DNA from: Eledone cirrhosa
Taxonomy: Eukaryota
Direction of reading: 5' to 3'
Assembly: GCA_964016885.1 (NCBI GenBank)
Contig: OZ024743.1
Location: 334,242,001-334,306,000 of the forward strand
Length of the DNA: 64,000 nucleotides
The notes below the pieces were generated by a model that was not told where the DNA came from, did no database searches, and saw only the letters and a list, made by a program, of their open reading frames with translations. This document shows positions 1 through 12,600 of the stretch, in pieces. The position numbers were made by a program, and so were the translations under genes. Positions within the stretch are counted from its first letter, which is position 1. Each line of letters opens with the position of its first letter.

Positions 1-440
1 CAATGACTCTGTATTCTGTGTCTGAAGGTGACAGTTTAAAATATTGACATTAATTCATATCATAATAGATTCAGCTTTTAGTATATTATTTGCATTAAAT
101 CAATAGTCTTGAAGAAAGTAGAATATATTTAAATAGTTAAGTGATAAGCAAGAAATTATTCCGTACCAAACTAAAATCTATTGCTTAAAAATTTGAATTT
201 ATAGCAAAACAAAATTAATCATATAAAAAGACGGATGAAATCGAATAATAGATTTTTGTCTCGGTATTTCTTGACTTAATCGATCCTTATCTGAGGTCAT
301 TAATGATTATTGATGAAATGGATAATTGTTTGAGACGTAGGTTTATAGATACTAAATGAAGTGTTTTTGGTATAAAGGATATGTGAATATAAAGATATTG
401 AGGCCATTCTCTTACATTTTTACTATCAGTAAGCAATAAC

Positions 441-618
441 TGTTTCTACTTTAGGCACAAGGCCAGCAAATACCAAGTGCATTACTGGTACTTTATTTTA
501 TCGACCCCGTAAGGATGAAAGGCAAAGTCCACCTCGGCGGGGTTTGAACTCAGATCGTAAAGGGACGTAACTATGCTGGAAAGCATGGCGTCCGACCTTC
601 TACCGATACTGCCAATCC
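441..618 (-). mobile_element. tRNA-derived SINE with Nin/Deu-type core (octopus OR-like), with target-site duplication
   Basis: The minus strand has a B-box-like gagttcaaac and the core gactttgcctttcatccttacggggtcgataaa...gtaccag. Flanked by the direct repeat actatcagtaagcaataac at 422-440 and 619-637. Confidence 0.85.
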
Positions 619-1635
619 ACTATCAGTAAGCAATAACGTTCGGATTTAATCATTTGCATTCATATGAAATCAATTGTATGGAACACCACTGTTGCAACAA
701 TAAAACGTTTCCCCTGATAACTAGCAGGATTTAAATAGTGTAATACAATAGTAATAATAGTACACATAATACAGTCACGCACAAGAAACCTACTACACAA
801 AAATGCGTGCATATATCACGACATTCACAGATTCATTATAAATCATTTGTGATCAAACAAAAGCAGATATGAATTCCGCCTCTTCGTTCGCTCATTGTTT
901 ATTTCTTAATGTCGTAGCCAGAATTCTAAGTATTTTAGGTTAGAAGTTGATTCCGCACAAATACCGGAACCTGACCGACTGCTTCCTTTTCGTATAGGTC
1001 ACTGACGTGGTATCTTTGGTCTCCGGACTGTCGTTTTCTACCACAAAATTAGGAAGAGTGCATTGCGTCCGAGAAAGGAACCTTGTGATGTGGAATGGCC
1101 GATGCAGTGTATGTCGCTGGCTGTTCTTCGTGGTAGTGTTTGCGCTATCTTTTCCGCGGAGAGTAGCTGAGATAAACCACTTATTCGTAGGTGAAGATTT
1201 TGCGCCTCCCCCCTTTTATTTCATTATTTAACCTTACCCTCTCCTTTTTTCTCCCCTTTTTACTCTCCTCTTGTTTACTATTTTAATCCTTCGTCTAAGT
1301 TAGATTTGAAATATCTCCACCGTAAAAACACGGAATATTTCTCAAATGCTACACTTACAGGATATGTACGCCATCTACAAATGTAATTAGTACCGGTCTG
1401 TAGGGCCATTGTCACTAGTAATCCGCTTATAAATCCTTTGTTCTTTGACTGGTTTAAGAACTAGGTATTTGCCTTTACTCTACAAAGTTCACACCAAATT
1501 TGGTGACCTAATTTTTCTGTACATCAAGGGTGGCGCCGTCTATGTGTCTGAGTACGTGAGCTGCGGTATGATGTATATATATTGAAACATATAGTAATTA
1601 TTGACAGATACAGCAATATAATTTGATTAAAAAGT

Positions 1636-1810
1636 AATGGTTTCTGATTTAGGCACAGGGCCAATAATTTGGGCTAGAGAAAAGTCAATTAAATCGACCT
1701 CAGTGCATTACTGGTACCTCATTTTATCGATCCTGTAAGGATGAAAGGCATAGCTAACCTCGGTGGGATTTGAACTTAGAACATAAATGAAGTTACTATA
1801 TGCCAATCCA
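1636..1810 (-). mobile_element. Degraded copy of the Nin-core SINE
   Basis: Contains ctggtacctcattttatcgatcctgtaaggatgaaaggca...gggatttgaact, similar to 441-618. Confidence 0.7.
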
Positions 1811-1904
1811 TACACATATGTAATTGGGTATGAAATTGATTGTTACTCTAAAACATTCAATTGCACACGTTATCACCATACCAAGTTTAACTATTGTGCT
1901 ACAT

Positions 1905-2060
1905 ACGACCGAATGCTTAAGGAGTTCGCTTTGCAATCATAGGATGCAGGGCTTGATCCCGCTGTGTAGTATCTAGGAAAAATGTCATTACCATAGCCAG
2001 GGGTTGATCCAAGCCTTTTGAATGGAATTTGGGTAGACGAAAACTGTTTAGAAACTCGTT
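1905..2060 (+). mobile_element. Degraded tRNA-derived SINE (octopus OK-like)
   Basis: Decayed tRNA-like head followed by ...atagccaggggttgatccaagcctttt...gtagacgaaaactg. A second decayed relative lies near 19170-19270. Confidence 0.45.
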
Positions 2061-2292
2061 GGATGGACTTCCTTAATCTTCACGCTTAATCTCCATCGGG
2101 ACTACGTTATTCTTGCACGTGTCTATGGAATACTCAACCACTTACACCTTAATATCATCAGCCGGCTGTTCTATTGATCGAAAAAAATTATAACACCAAT
2201 TGCCTAAATGGACTGAAAATCTGATGCATAATGCGTTTTTGTACATCAAGTTTCTAAAATGAAAGACACCGTTCAGCGAATTGCATTCCTTG

Positions 2293-2366
2293 TTAGGATT
2301 GCTTTTTATGAGAGAACTGTAAACTGCAGCAACTCCAGAAAGCAATGCGTCCCCTCATATCATTAT
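2293..2366 (-). CDS. Candidate terminal coding exon of the GPCR
   Basis: Acceptor ccgttcag|AT completes the phase-1 codon and gives DNDMRGRIAFWSCCSLQFSHKKQS*. Only phase and splice-site support, no homology evidence. Confidence 0.3.
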
Positions 2367-3039
2367 CTGAACGGATATATAGTATAAAAAACGTTTGCTA
2401 CATGGTGTTCAATTGCTAGTTGGATTCCAATCCTCTTATGGAACAGAATGGACTTTATAGGAGGTGTGTAATGTTAGTTTGTACACCTTTAGCAGACAAA
2501 GTCTGATCAAAGATGATGACCTATCGCAGGTACATTTCCCTTAACATATAACATCTATTCTAGAGAGCGAAACAAATTTAAGCACATTAAAATGACTTGT
2601 TTAATGACATAATTTAAAGTTCAAAGCTGAATGGAATCCACGATTTTTGATCTCGCGTGTAGCTAAATTATTTAAATGACATGCCAGATCAAACATGAAA
2701 AGTAGATTTGACGCACTGCAAAATGAGACTAATGTCTGTGAATGGTAGAGAAACTCTAACCCTAACCCTAACTTTCCCTCAACAAATAACAAGTTTAATA
2801 GCGACATTTCAAATCTGGTGAATATTTGAAATATGAAAGTTGTCATAAATAATGGCAAACTTTAATTTTGTATATAGATGAGCCACAAGTCATAAGCCAC
2901 GTGACGTACTGAATTAATTTTATTGCAACAGGACACTATTTATTCACTACGTAGAAATAAATAGTAAATACACGGACACGCAGATGGACACACAAACAGA
3001 CACACTTAGAGGCACACAGAGGCACAGACACAGGCACAC

Positions 3040-3760
<721 letters not shown>

Positions 3761-3767
3761 TACTTAC

Positions 3768-3936
3768 CGACGTAAGAATGTTTTGTATCAAAACTCAAAG
3801 ATGTCATGAATGATTTTCGAAATTTTGTAGCTCTTTTGCGCACGTTCCCAAGAAATGGCGCCGTTGATAATGTATAAAGAATTGGGTTAATTGCACTGTT
3901 GACAGGAAGAATAAACACCGCCACCCATGCGTACAC
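3768..3936 (-). CDS. Exon of the same GPCR, TM7 and start of C-tail
   Basis: Acceptor ttttcag|GTG and donor G|gtaagt. Encodes [25 protein letters not shown]... (NPxxY motif), joining phase 0 to IPPE across a ~14.4 kb intron. Confidence 0.93.
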
Positions 3937-4292
3937 CTGAAAAGTGAAAGACAGGTAACAATTACGTTTCTTGTTAAAAAAAAATAACCAAAGATTTTAA
4001 TGAAGTTCAATAATTATTTACACCCCCCCCCCCCCCCAAAAAAAAACAGGTTAGTAAGTGAGGCACCCCAGCATTGCCCCGGCCTGTCGGCTGGAACATG
4101 TGATACAGTAATACAGTAATATCATTAAATTACTCTAAATTCTTGATTATTTTCGAAATGATTTGAACGTCACAGGTATCCTCCTTCTGAGAAATGTGGT
4201 AATGACACTCATAGGAAATTGAAATCAAAATAAGATGAAACAGAAATTATAACCTCTCTATTTGTTATTTGAAGCGGATTAGGAATTTATTT

Positions 4293-4390
4293 GATTTAAC
4301 ATATGTTTCTGTGTCTATTATAATCGTGTACATATGTACTGTTCCATCATATGCAATACTTTATTATTTATCACACTTCATCAGAAAGTC
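4293..4390 (-). ncRNA. Degenerate type I hammerhead with long stem II
   Basis: Minus strand reads gacttt-CTGATGA-agtgtg...(~55 nt)...gacaca-GAAAC-ATAT-GTT-aaatc, with a palindromic stem III loop. Confidence 0.45.
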
Positions 4391-4529
4391 TATAATAGTA
4401 AAAGCGACTATTCACTCACACAGGTCCCTTACACGAGAGGAAACGGAGGGTAAAACAAAGACTCTTATGTACATGCTGTTTGCATAAGTGTGTAATATCT
4501 GACTGATAAAATGACAAGTCAGACAATCA

Positions 4530-4798
4530 TATTGGTGGCCTCCCCACAGCCCCGGCGGACAGAATGGAGAAGGCGTTTCTCCGGAGGACGACAAGGGAGA
4601 CGCGCTGGAAATACCTATCCAGCTCGCGAGGCTCACACCTCCGGCTGGCCAGCTCAGCGCCTATGGTGGTGAGTAGGGAGGTAGCCGAGGACACCAGAAG
4701 TCTCCACAGCCAGGGGTACAACCGCAAACCTGTCGGAGAGCGACCGGTATTTGAAGAGTTTAGCCTCCTCAGCCCGACGTGCAGCAGAACCTGGGTTA
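4530..4798 (-). mobile_element. CRE-clade non-LTR retrotransposon remnant (C-terminal restriction-like endonuclease)
   Basis: Two frames give PGSAARRAEEAKLFKYRSLSDRFAVVPLAVETSGVLG and EPRELDRYFQRVSLVVLRRNAFSIL, matching the CRE REL tail (AE..K..KY, P.AVET.G, FQR.S....R.NA). Confidence 0.7.
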
Positions 4799-4800
4799 AT

Positions 4801-5075
4801 GAAGACGCGTGTCTTAGTGGTTAGTGTATTCGGCTCACAATCGTAAGGTCGTGAGTTGTGTCCTTGAGCAAGACACTTTATTTCACGCTGCTCCAGCTGA
4901 CAAAAATGAGTTGCACCTGTAATTTGAAGGGTCAGCCTTGTCATATTCTATGTCACGCTGAATCCCCCGAGAACTACATTAAACGTATGTGTGTCTGTGG
5001 AATGCTCAGCCACTTGCACGCTAATTTCATGAGCAGATTACTCCATTGATCAAATTAACTGGAACACTCATCGAT
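4801..5075 (+). mobile_element. tRNA-derived SINE (different family)
   Basis: A-box-like cttagtggttag, tRNA-like arm ggctcacaatcgtaaggtcgtgagtt, then the core ttgtgtccttgagcaagacacttt. Confidence 0.7.
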
Positions 5076-5479
5076 CTACTAATATTACCTTTGTTATTTG
5101 ACCAGTAACACCTGGCAACTGAAATCCTAGCCTGACCTCAGACGTCCACAGCTCACGTACAGCTGAGCTCATCCGTATAATCGGAAGTCAGCCGCCCGTC
5201 TGAAGAAGGAGCCCTGCGAGCTTTGGTGGCTCTTGCAGTGGGTGTCACTCGCCATTGTCCGAGGGGGACAGCAGAAACACCGCCCCGATCTAGTCGTAGA
5301 ACCTGTCACCCTCCACCCTTCCCCCTCTCTTTCTTCCTAATAGTTAAGGTCAGGCCTAACAGTCCTAGCTCTTTTCCACATTTTCTTCTCATTAACAGTC
5401 CTTCTCTCTGCTTTCCTATACAGCCAGATCTGCTCTTCTCTATCCTTTTCATCCTTCTTTTCATTATTTATATAATCAA

Positions 5480-5662
5480 ACCGGCGGATTGGCAGTATCG
5501 TTAGAGAGTCGCCATGCTTTCCAGCATAGTTACGTCCCTTTACGGTTTGAGTTCAAATCCCGCCGAGGTTAACTTTGCCTTTCATCCTTACGGAGTCGAT
5601 AAAATAAAGTACCAGTAATGTACTGGGTAATTGCTGGCCTTGTGCCAAAAGTAGAAACAATT
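5480..5662 (+). mobile_element. Nin-core tRNA-SINE with target-site duplication
   Basis: Same family as 441-618. Flanked by attatttatataatcaa at 5463-5479 and 5660-5676. Confidence 0.85.
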
Positions 5663-5891
5663 ATTTATATAATCAATTATGAAAACTGAACAAATTATTT
5701 ACAATTACCAACTGTATGACAGATTTGGATAAAATAATAAACAGGAAGAGAGAAAAAAGGAGGTAAAAAGATAGCCGCGGAGAAGAGCTGGCAACATTCA
5801 CTACAGCAGCCATTCCAGGTCAAGAGGTTCTTTATTCGGGTAGACAGCATTCCTCCTGATTTTGTGGCAGAAAAACAAGTCCAGGGACTGT

Positions 5892-6370
5892 GGACAGACA
5901 TTGGCGGTCTTGATGACAACCAGCACAAGTGGACAGACATTGGAGGTCTTGATGACAACCAGCACAAGGGGACAGACATCAGAGGTCTTGGTGACATTAA
6001 ACACAAGTGGACAGACAGCGGAGGTCTTGATGACAACTAGCACAAGGGGACAGACATCAGAGGTCTTGGTGACATTAAACACAAGTGGACAGACAGCGGA
6101 GGTCTTGATGACAACCAGCACAAGGGGACATACATCAGAGGTCTTGGTGACATTAAACACAATGGGACAGACATTGGAGGTCTTGATGACAACTAGCACA
6201 AGGGGACAGCCATCAGAAGTCTTGGTGACATTAAACACAAGTGGACAGACAGCGGAGGTCTTGATGACAACCAGCACAAGGGGACAGACATCAGAGGTCT
6301 TGGTGACATTAAACACAAGGGGACAGACATTGGAGGTCTTGACAACTAGCACAAGGTGACAGCCATCAGT
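5892..6370. repeat. 39-bp minisatellite (~12 units, alternating variants forming a 78-bp dimer) inside an old repeat remnant
   Basis: Units ggacagacattggaggtcttgatgacaaccagcacaagt and ggacagacatcagaggtcttggtgacattaaacacaagt. The left flank (5760-5890, minus) resembles 1020-1150 (plus). Confidence 0.9.
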
Positions 6371-6629
6371 CGGAGCCTGTATTTGGATATATTCCGCTTC
6401 TCTGCGTTACGAGTGGCAAAGGCCTGGATTTGTGACCGAAGTGACAAAGTTGTAAAATATTCATTAATTTATTGTAATCGAAGCTGGTTTCTCAACTTTT
6501 CGTTTTTCTGTCTCTCTCTCTCTTTTTATTGATGTTTATTGATATTTCCACATTGAACTCATTGCAGCACACAATCTGTCATATGTTCCTTGCATATTTC
6601 CCATGAGATTTCCTGCCACAAACCCTCAA

Positions 6630-7770
6630 TCATACCATCAACTTCACCAACACCACCACCACCACCACCACCAGCAACAACAAAACCAACACAAGGACCA
6701 CCACCAACACCACCATATACACAACCACGACGATGACGACCATCAACACCACCACCACCGTAACTACGTAAACAACCACCACTACCACCACCACCTACAC
6801 GACCACCACAACAAGAACAACAACCACGACGATGACAACGACGACGACGACGACCACAACCATCACCACCACCACCATCATAACTACCACCACCACGTAC
6901 AAAACCACCACCACCACCACTACCACCACAACGACGACGACCACCACCACCACGACCACCACCACCTCATTATCAATGTTTTTCTTAATTTTGTTTTTCC
7001 CTCACTAATTAATTTTATCGTTATAACACCAACCATTATTGACAAGTAAATTTAATAATTATTTTCCACTAACCCTGTCGCTTCAACCAACACCAACATC
7101 ACCACCACAACCACCACCACCACTACCACCACCATCACCACCACTACCACCACCACCACCACCACCACCACAACCACCACTACCACTACCACCACCACTA
7201 CCACCACCACCACCACCACCACCACCACCACCACCACCACCACCACTACCACCGCAACCGCCACCACCACCACCACAACCACCACTACCACTATCACCAC
7301 CACCACTACCACCACCACCACCACCACTACCACCACCACCACTACCACCACCACCAACAACAACATCACCACCGCAACAACCACTACCACCACCACCACC
7401 ACCACCACCACCACTACCACCACCACTACCACCACCACCACCACCACCACCACCACCAACATCACCACCGCAACCACCACCACCACTACCACCGCCCACT
7501 AACCCTGCCGTCCCAACCAACACCAACACCCACACCAACACCACCACCACCACCATCATCACCAACACCACCACCATCCCATCTACACCATCTACTAACC
7601 CTGCCGCTCCAACCAATACCATCACTAACATCACTACTAACCCTGCCGCTCCAACCAACACTACCATCACCATCACCACAACCTACACTAACACCAACAC
7701 CATCGCCTACACCATCTTAGCTGTACTAACATCACTATACCAACCAGAGACATAAGCACTACCATCACCA
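6630..7770. repeat. Degenerate (CAC/CAA/CTA)n trinucleotide tracts
   Basis: Directly visible; source of the poly-His, poly-Pro and poly-Gly ORFs. Confidence 0.95.
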
Positions 7771-9148
7771 TTACTTCCACAATTTTAATAACTACAAACT
7801 TAGAAATTACTCAGAACTTTCGTTTAGAAATTGAAATTAATTTTGAAATAATTACAGGACATGTTCATACATTGAATATTTGTTGAACAAATGTTTACTA
7901 ATTTCATAATTAGAACGGTTGACATGTTAGAAATAACTGCAATGGTTCGATTAAATAATATTTTACTGTGTTAAAATGAGGAGAAAAATTTCAATAATGT
8001 TTGAATGAAATATGAGTGGTTAAAGCTGGCATATCTTTAATCACATGTTTTCTGGATCAGGTTTACACAAAAATAACCGCAGTAACTACACTCTTCAGCC
8101 ATTCTCAACAGAAGTTACATTCCCACCATTGCTATCCCGTATATTACCAATTATTACGACAGAGGAACAGTAATTATCCCCGCGCTAACAAAATCAACCA
8201 TGCCTGCATCCGCTTCTATTTCTTAAATCACTAGCTCTCCAACTCATCCTAGTCAAATATATTGTACAGTATAGTGGATACGTTTTCATGCTGAATATAT
8301 ACTACCACTTGAACTTCTATACTGATATAGTGTACGCATGCATGTATGTTTGTATATTTGTTTAAATTTATATGCAAATTATCTAATATGTTTGACCATA
8401 GATACATCGGTTGAAGAATCTGTACCTGTGTACGTGTATAAATGTTCTATATAAGCACGTCCCCTCATCGACTTAACTTCAGCTTCTCCCGAATTTTTCT
8501 GATAATATGCAAAATTTAACAATGTAGTGCAAGCTGGTGGATTACGTAATAATTCAAGTTTCGTACGCGATTACATAACTGCACAGAAACATGTGTTATA
8601 GATCTTATTGTATGTATAAATAAATGTGTCTTCGTACTTTAACATATTTTGCCTAGTTTTCCCTGATATTCTGTTTCTATCAAAAACAAAATTAGTTTTC
8701 GCTCAAGCATAGCGGATACGTAAATGCATTCGTGAGTTTTATATCGAATAATAATAATAATAATATTCAATTTATTTGCAAACAAACAGCCTCATAACGC
8801 TATGTGTTTTAGACGACTATCGTGATCCTTTTGTTCTAATGGTAGCAGAGAAAAACAATCGACAATTGTTATTGCCCTTTGTCAAGGTTGTGTATCACTC
8901 TTTTCTGTCTCACACTAGAACTCTTGAGATTAATTTTCAAACACATAGTGAGTAGCTACTTTGACAGGGTACACATAATATAAGGGAACTGTGATAATAT
9001 GGCAAAACCACAGTCAGTGTAATTGATATTGAGAATTAGTAAAGTTCAAAACCAAAGACAGGTTTTTTATTTAAAGATAATCAATTCTTTCTTCTATGTT
9101 GCTATCTATGATGAAAATGTTGCTAGATTATGTATGTATGTATGTGTG

Positions 9149-9561
9149 TTATCTCTTTCTCTTAATTTCGAGTATATTTTTTTGACCGGCCACCCTCCTG
9201 GTGGCAAGGCCATAAAAGAAAAGAAATTGTCATCCCTTGAATCGCAAGAATGTTTTGCAAATTTTGAAGGTGCCAGCTATCGCAGCCATTTGTAGACTAT
9301 GAATTAGGGAGCTGCGCTTTTTGTCCGCAAGTCCAAGTTCAGTCATACTTTGGTCCAAGTGGGTTGGTATATAACCCGTAGCTCCAATAATGATGGGTAT
9401 GAAGCTAAAGGTGTATCTTGGATACTGGATTTGTAAACTCCTCATCAATGGTCCGTAGATGTCCTCCTTCTCCTGTATTTTTCTGACAACGTTTACATCA
9501 AGTCGGCAGCTGATCTCCACAACAGAACACGTTTGCAATGTGTGGTCCCAAACAACAATAT
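9149..9561 (-). mobile_element. 5'-truncated R4/Dong-type LINE, family 1 (REL endonuclease end plus 3' UTR)
   Basis: Encodes TCSVVEISCRLDVNV...KICKTFLRFKG*, nearly identical to 52320-52720. Flanked on both sides by (TATG)n. Confidence 0.9.
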
Positions 9562-9624
9562 GTGTATGTATGTATGTATGTATGTATGTATGTATGTATG
9601 TATGTATGTATGTATGTATGTATG

Positions 9625-12600
9625 TTCTTCTGGTTTTATAATTTCACAAAGTTTTACCAATAGAGAGAGAGTTGGTTTCTGACATAGACACAAGACTCTC
9701 TCATTGGAATTTACACATCATCAACTAGGTAGATATGTATGTATGCATGCATGTGTAGATATGGATGTTATTGTATGTGTGGATGTGTGTTTTGAGTTGT
9801 ATATGCTTTGTATCTGTACATGTGTATATGCAGTTATTAGATGCAACATTTTTGGAATGTTTTACATATTTTTACTGTTCCATTAATGGATTGTACTTGT
9901 AATTTCCTAACTAGTTGTGTTCTTTCTGTTCCTGTGAAGCCTAGCTTCTCAAGATTTGTATTGAGGCAGTTACTAACATATCCCAGTGCCCCAATAATCA
10001 CAGGCATAAATCTGAAGGTGTAATCAGGGTGGAGTATCTGCAGATTTCTCATCAGTTCTGCATAAATATTCTCCTTTTCACAAATCTTTGATATTATATT
10101 GGCATCTGCTGGGCAGCTAATTTCCACTACTATGCATGTTTTCTTCTCCCTGTCCCATATCATAATATCTGGTCTGTTATGCCTGCATTTTATTGGGGTT
10201 TTTACTGGAACAATCCACCATTACTCTTTCATATTATGTACATGGATGTCTTCCACATTGTTGTAGCTTTTAATGTGTTTATCGGGGCTATCTTTTTTAC
10301 GAACTGCATTGTACAGTGTTTTGGCCACTATATCATGCCTCATAGGTAGATAGTACCGCGATGACTCTTTGGACAGCTGCTGATGACATGGGTCCTGATA
10401 TCACTGCTCTACACAAACACCAAAGCCTAAGTCCTGATATCACTGCTCTACACCAACACCAAAGCCCAAGTCATTACACCTGATGGGATGACAAAGTTCT
10501 TTGAGATACTGGCTGGTGTGCTCCAGGGAGATACATTGGCTCCCTACCTTTTTATCATCGTAGTGGACTATTGTATGCGCCTTGCACTGGAGAAACACCA
10601 GGACTCTGTAGCACCGGCTCGGAGCAGGAGAGTTAGGGCGAAAAAGGTATCGGATGCTGAATTTGCCGACGACATAGTTTTGGTGACAAATACAGTGAAG
10701 GAGGCAGAGGATTTGATGCGGGAGGTTGAGACTGTGTCGATGAGTGTGGGGCTGAGAATGAATGAGACTAAAACAAAATATCTTGTAGAGAATGTTGAGA
10801 AGCCAGAGGGGATCACTAATGTAGGCGGGAAGCCGCTAGAATTGGTTGAGGGCTTCCTGTATTTGGGAGCAAAGATTGGGAATACGGAAGATGATGTGGT
10901 TGAGAGGAAGAGCAAAGCCTAGGCGGCGTGCCACAGCTTGAGATCGGTGTGGAAGTCAGACCTTCGTAAATACCTGAAAATCCGCCTCTTCATTGCTGTA
11001 GTGGAGTCTGTGCTGCTGTATTGGTCTGAGACTTGGACATTGACCAAGAAACTCACTCAGATGGTGGATGGGTGCTACACGAGAATGCTGAGGATGGCTC
11101 TGAACATTAATCAGTATACACTGAGGATGAAAACCTCAGAGCTTTATGGGAGCATCCCAAAAGTCAGCTCAAAAGTGACACAGAGGAGACTGAGGTTAGC
11201 TGGACATGCTCACCGACATCCAGAGTTGACATTGCACTCAGTGCTCCTTTGGGAGCCCCTACATGGACACACTAGAAGAGGAAGACCAAGGTTAACGTAT
11301 GTTGATGCCCTAAGGACAGACACTGGTCTGTTGGAGACGCAGGACATGGCAGCGATAATGAGGGACAGAGACCGCTGGAGAGAACTCGTCCATGGATCTC
11401 GGAAATTTTACCCGCCTTAGATATCCTCGATGTTAGTTCTGCAGAGTCTACATTTGTTATCACATCTAGGTGTTTTGCCTGCATCCCTATCTCATTTCGT
11501 GCTAATCTCCTGTTCCTGGATTGCAAAAGCGTATCCTTCAAAGTGGGAGCCAATATAGCGGTTGTTGGTCCAAGATAAACTACTTTCCTTATCTATATTA
11601 CTCTCACTTTTGAGCTTCCTGGCAACATATCCATGCATGATTTTTTGCTGATAGGCATGCAGTTTTTCATCCATGGATTTACTGCGATACTGCTGAGCGA
11701 CATCCATGGGTGTGAGTTTTTGATTATCACACAGGGAATATCTCTCAAGGAGTTCCTTCCCAACTCTCATGATCTTATCTGTTTCATGCAGATAGACTTG
11801 CTCAAGAGACGGGCTCCTACGCTTCGAGATTCGTAGATGTTGTCGGAGAGATATGATGCGACATTCAAATGTTGTCTGGACTGATGTTAGGCCTCTGCCT
11901 CCCTGCTTACGTTTCACGTAAAGTGGTCTATCTCACTGTTGATGTGGAAGTTTCCAGTGTTGTCCAGTATTTTTCGAGTTCCAACATCAACTGCTCGGAT
12001 TTCGTCTATCGTCCAATTGAGTATTCCAAATGTTGGTGTTAGGACAGGCCCAGCAAACACATTGTGAACCACTGTTTTGTTTTGCGCAGAGAGTTCCGAT
12101 GACCAGATCTTTCTTAATCGTGTGTAGTATTCCCTGGTTACGCGTTCTTTATTACAGATACCATTATAGGATATGTTCTCATCTATCCCCAGGTATCTGT
12201 AGCAGTCCTCATCAGATATCGGTGAAACAGTTAGGCCATTGATGACAATGTTGCTAGATTGGGTTGTTGTTTTTCCCCGCTTTACAGTCATGTATGAGCA
12301 TTTATCTTGGCCAAACTCCATTCCTATATCCTTTGAGAACGTTGTAACCAGGTCAAGATTTTTCTTCATCCCATCCATGTTCTTGGCATAGAGTTTCAAA
12401 TCGTCCACAAAGAAATTATGGGTTAGGTTCGTATTTCTGTCCTACTGTGAGCCAATGATGTATCCCTCACATTTCTTGAGCAGAAAGGACAAGGGGTTTA
12501 ATGGCAAGATGAACAATATCACATAGAGACTGTCCCGCTGAAATATACCCCTGCAATATTTTATTTTATCAGTGAAAATAGAGTCCTTCTCCTCTGTCTT

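Noticed and set aside
2142-2345. Listed 67-aa minus-strand ORF as the GPCR last exon
   Set aside because: The nearby acceptor combined with the required phase 1 uses a different frame; this ORF has no supporting motif.
2754-2773. Telomere-like (TAACCC)n
   Set aside because: Only about three units; probably part of an interspersed repeat.
4801-4860. tRNA gene
   Set aside because: Incomplete cloverleaf continuing into a SINE body; the other tRNA-like heads are also SINEs.
6603-7755. His-rich and Pro-rich (extensin/formin-like) ORFs
   Set aside because: Translations of degenerate (CAC)n microsatellite with no splice or domain evidence.
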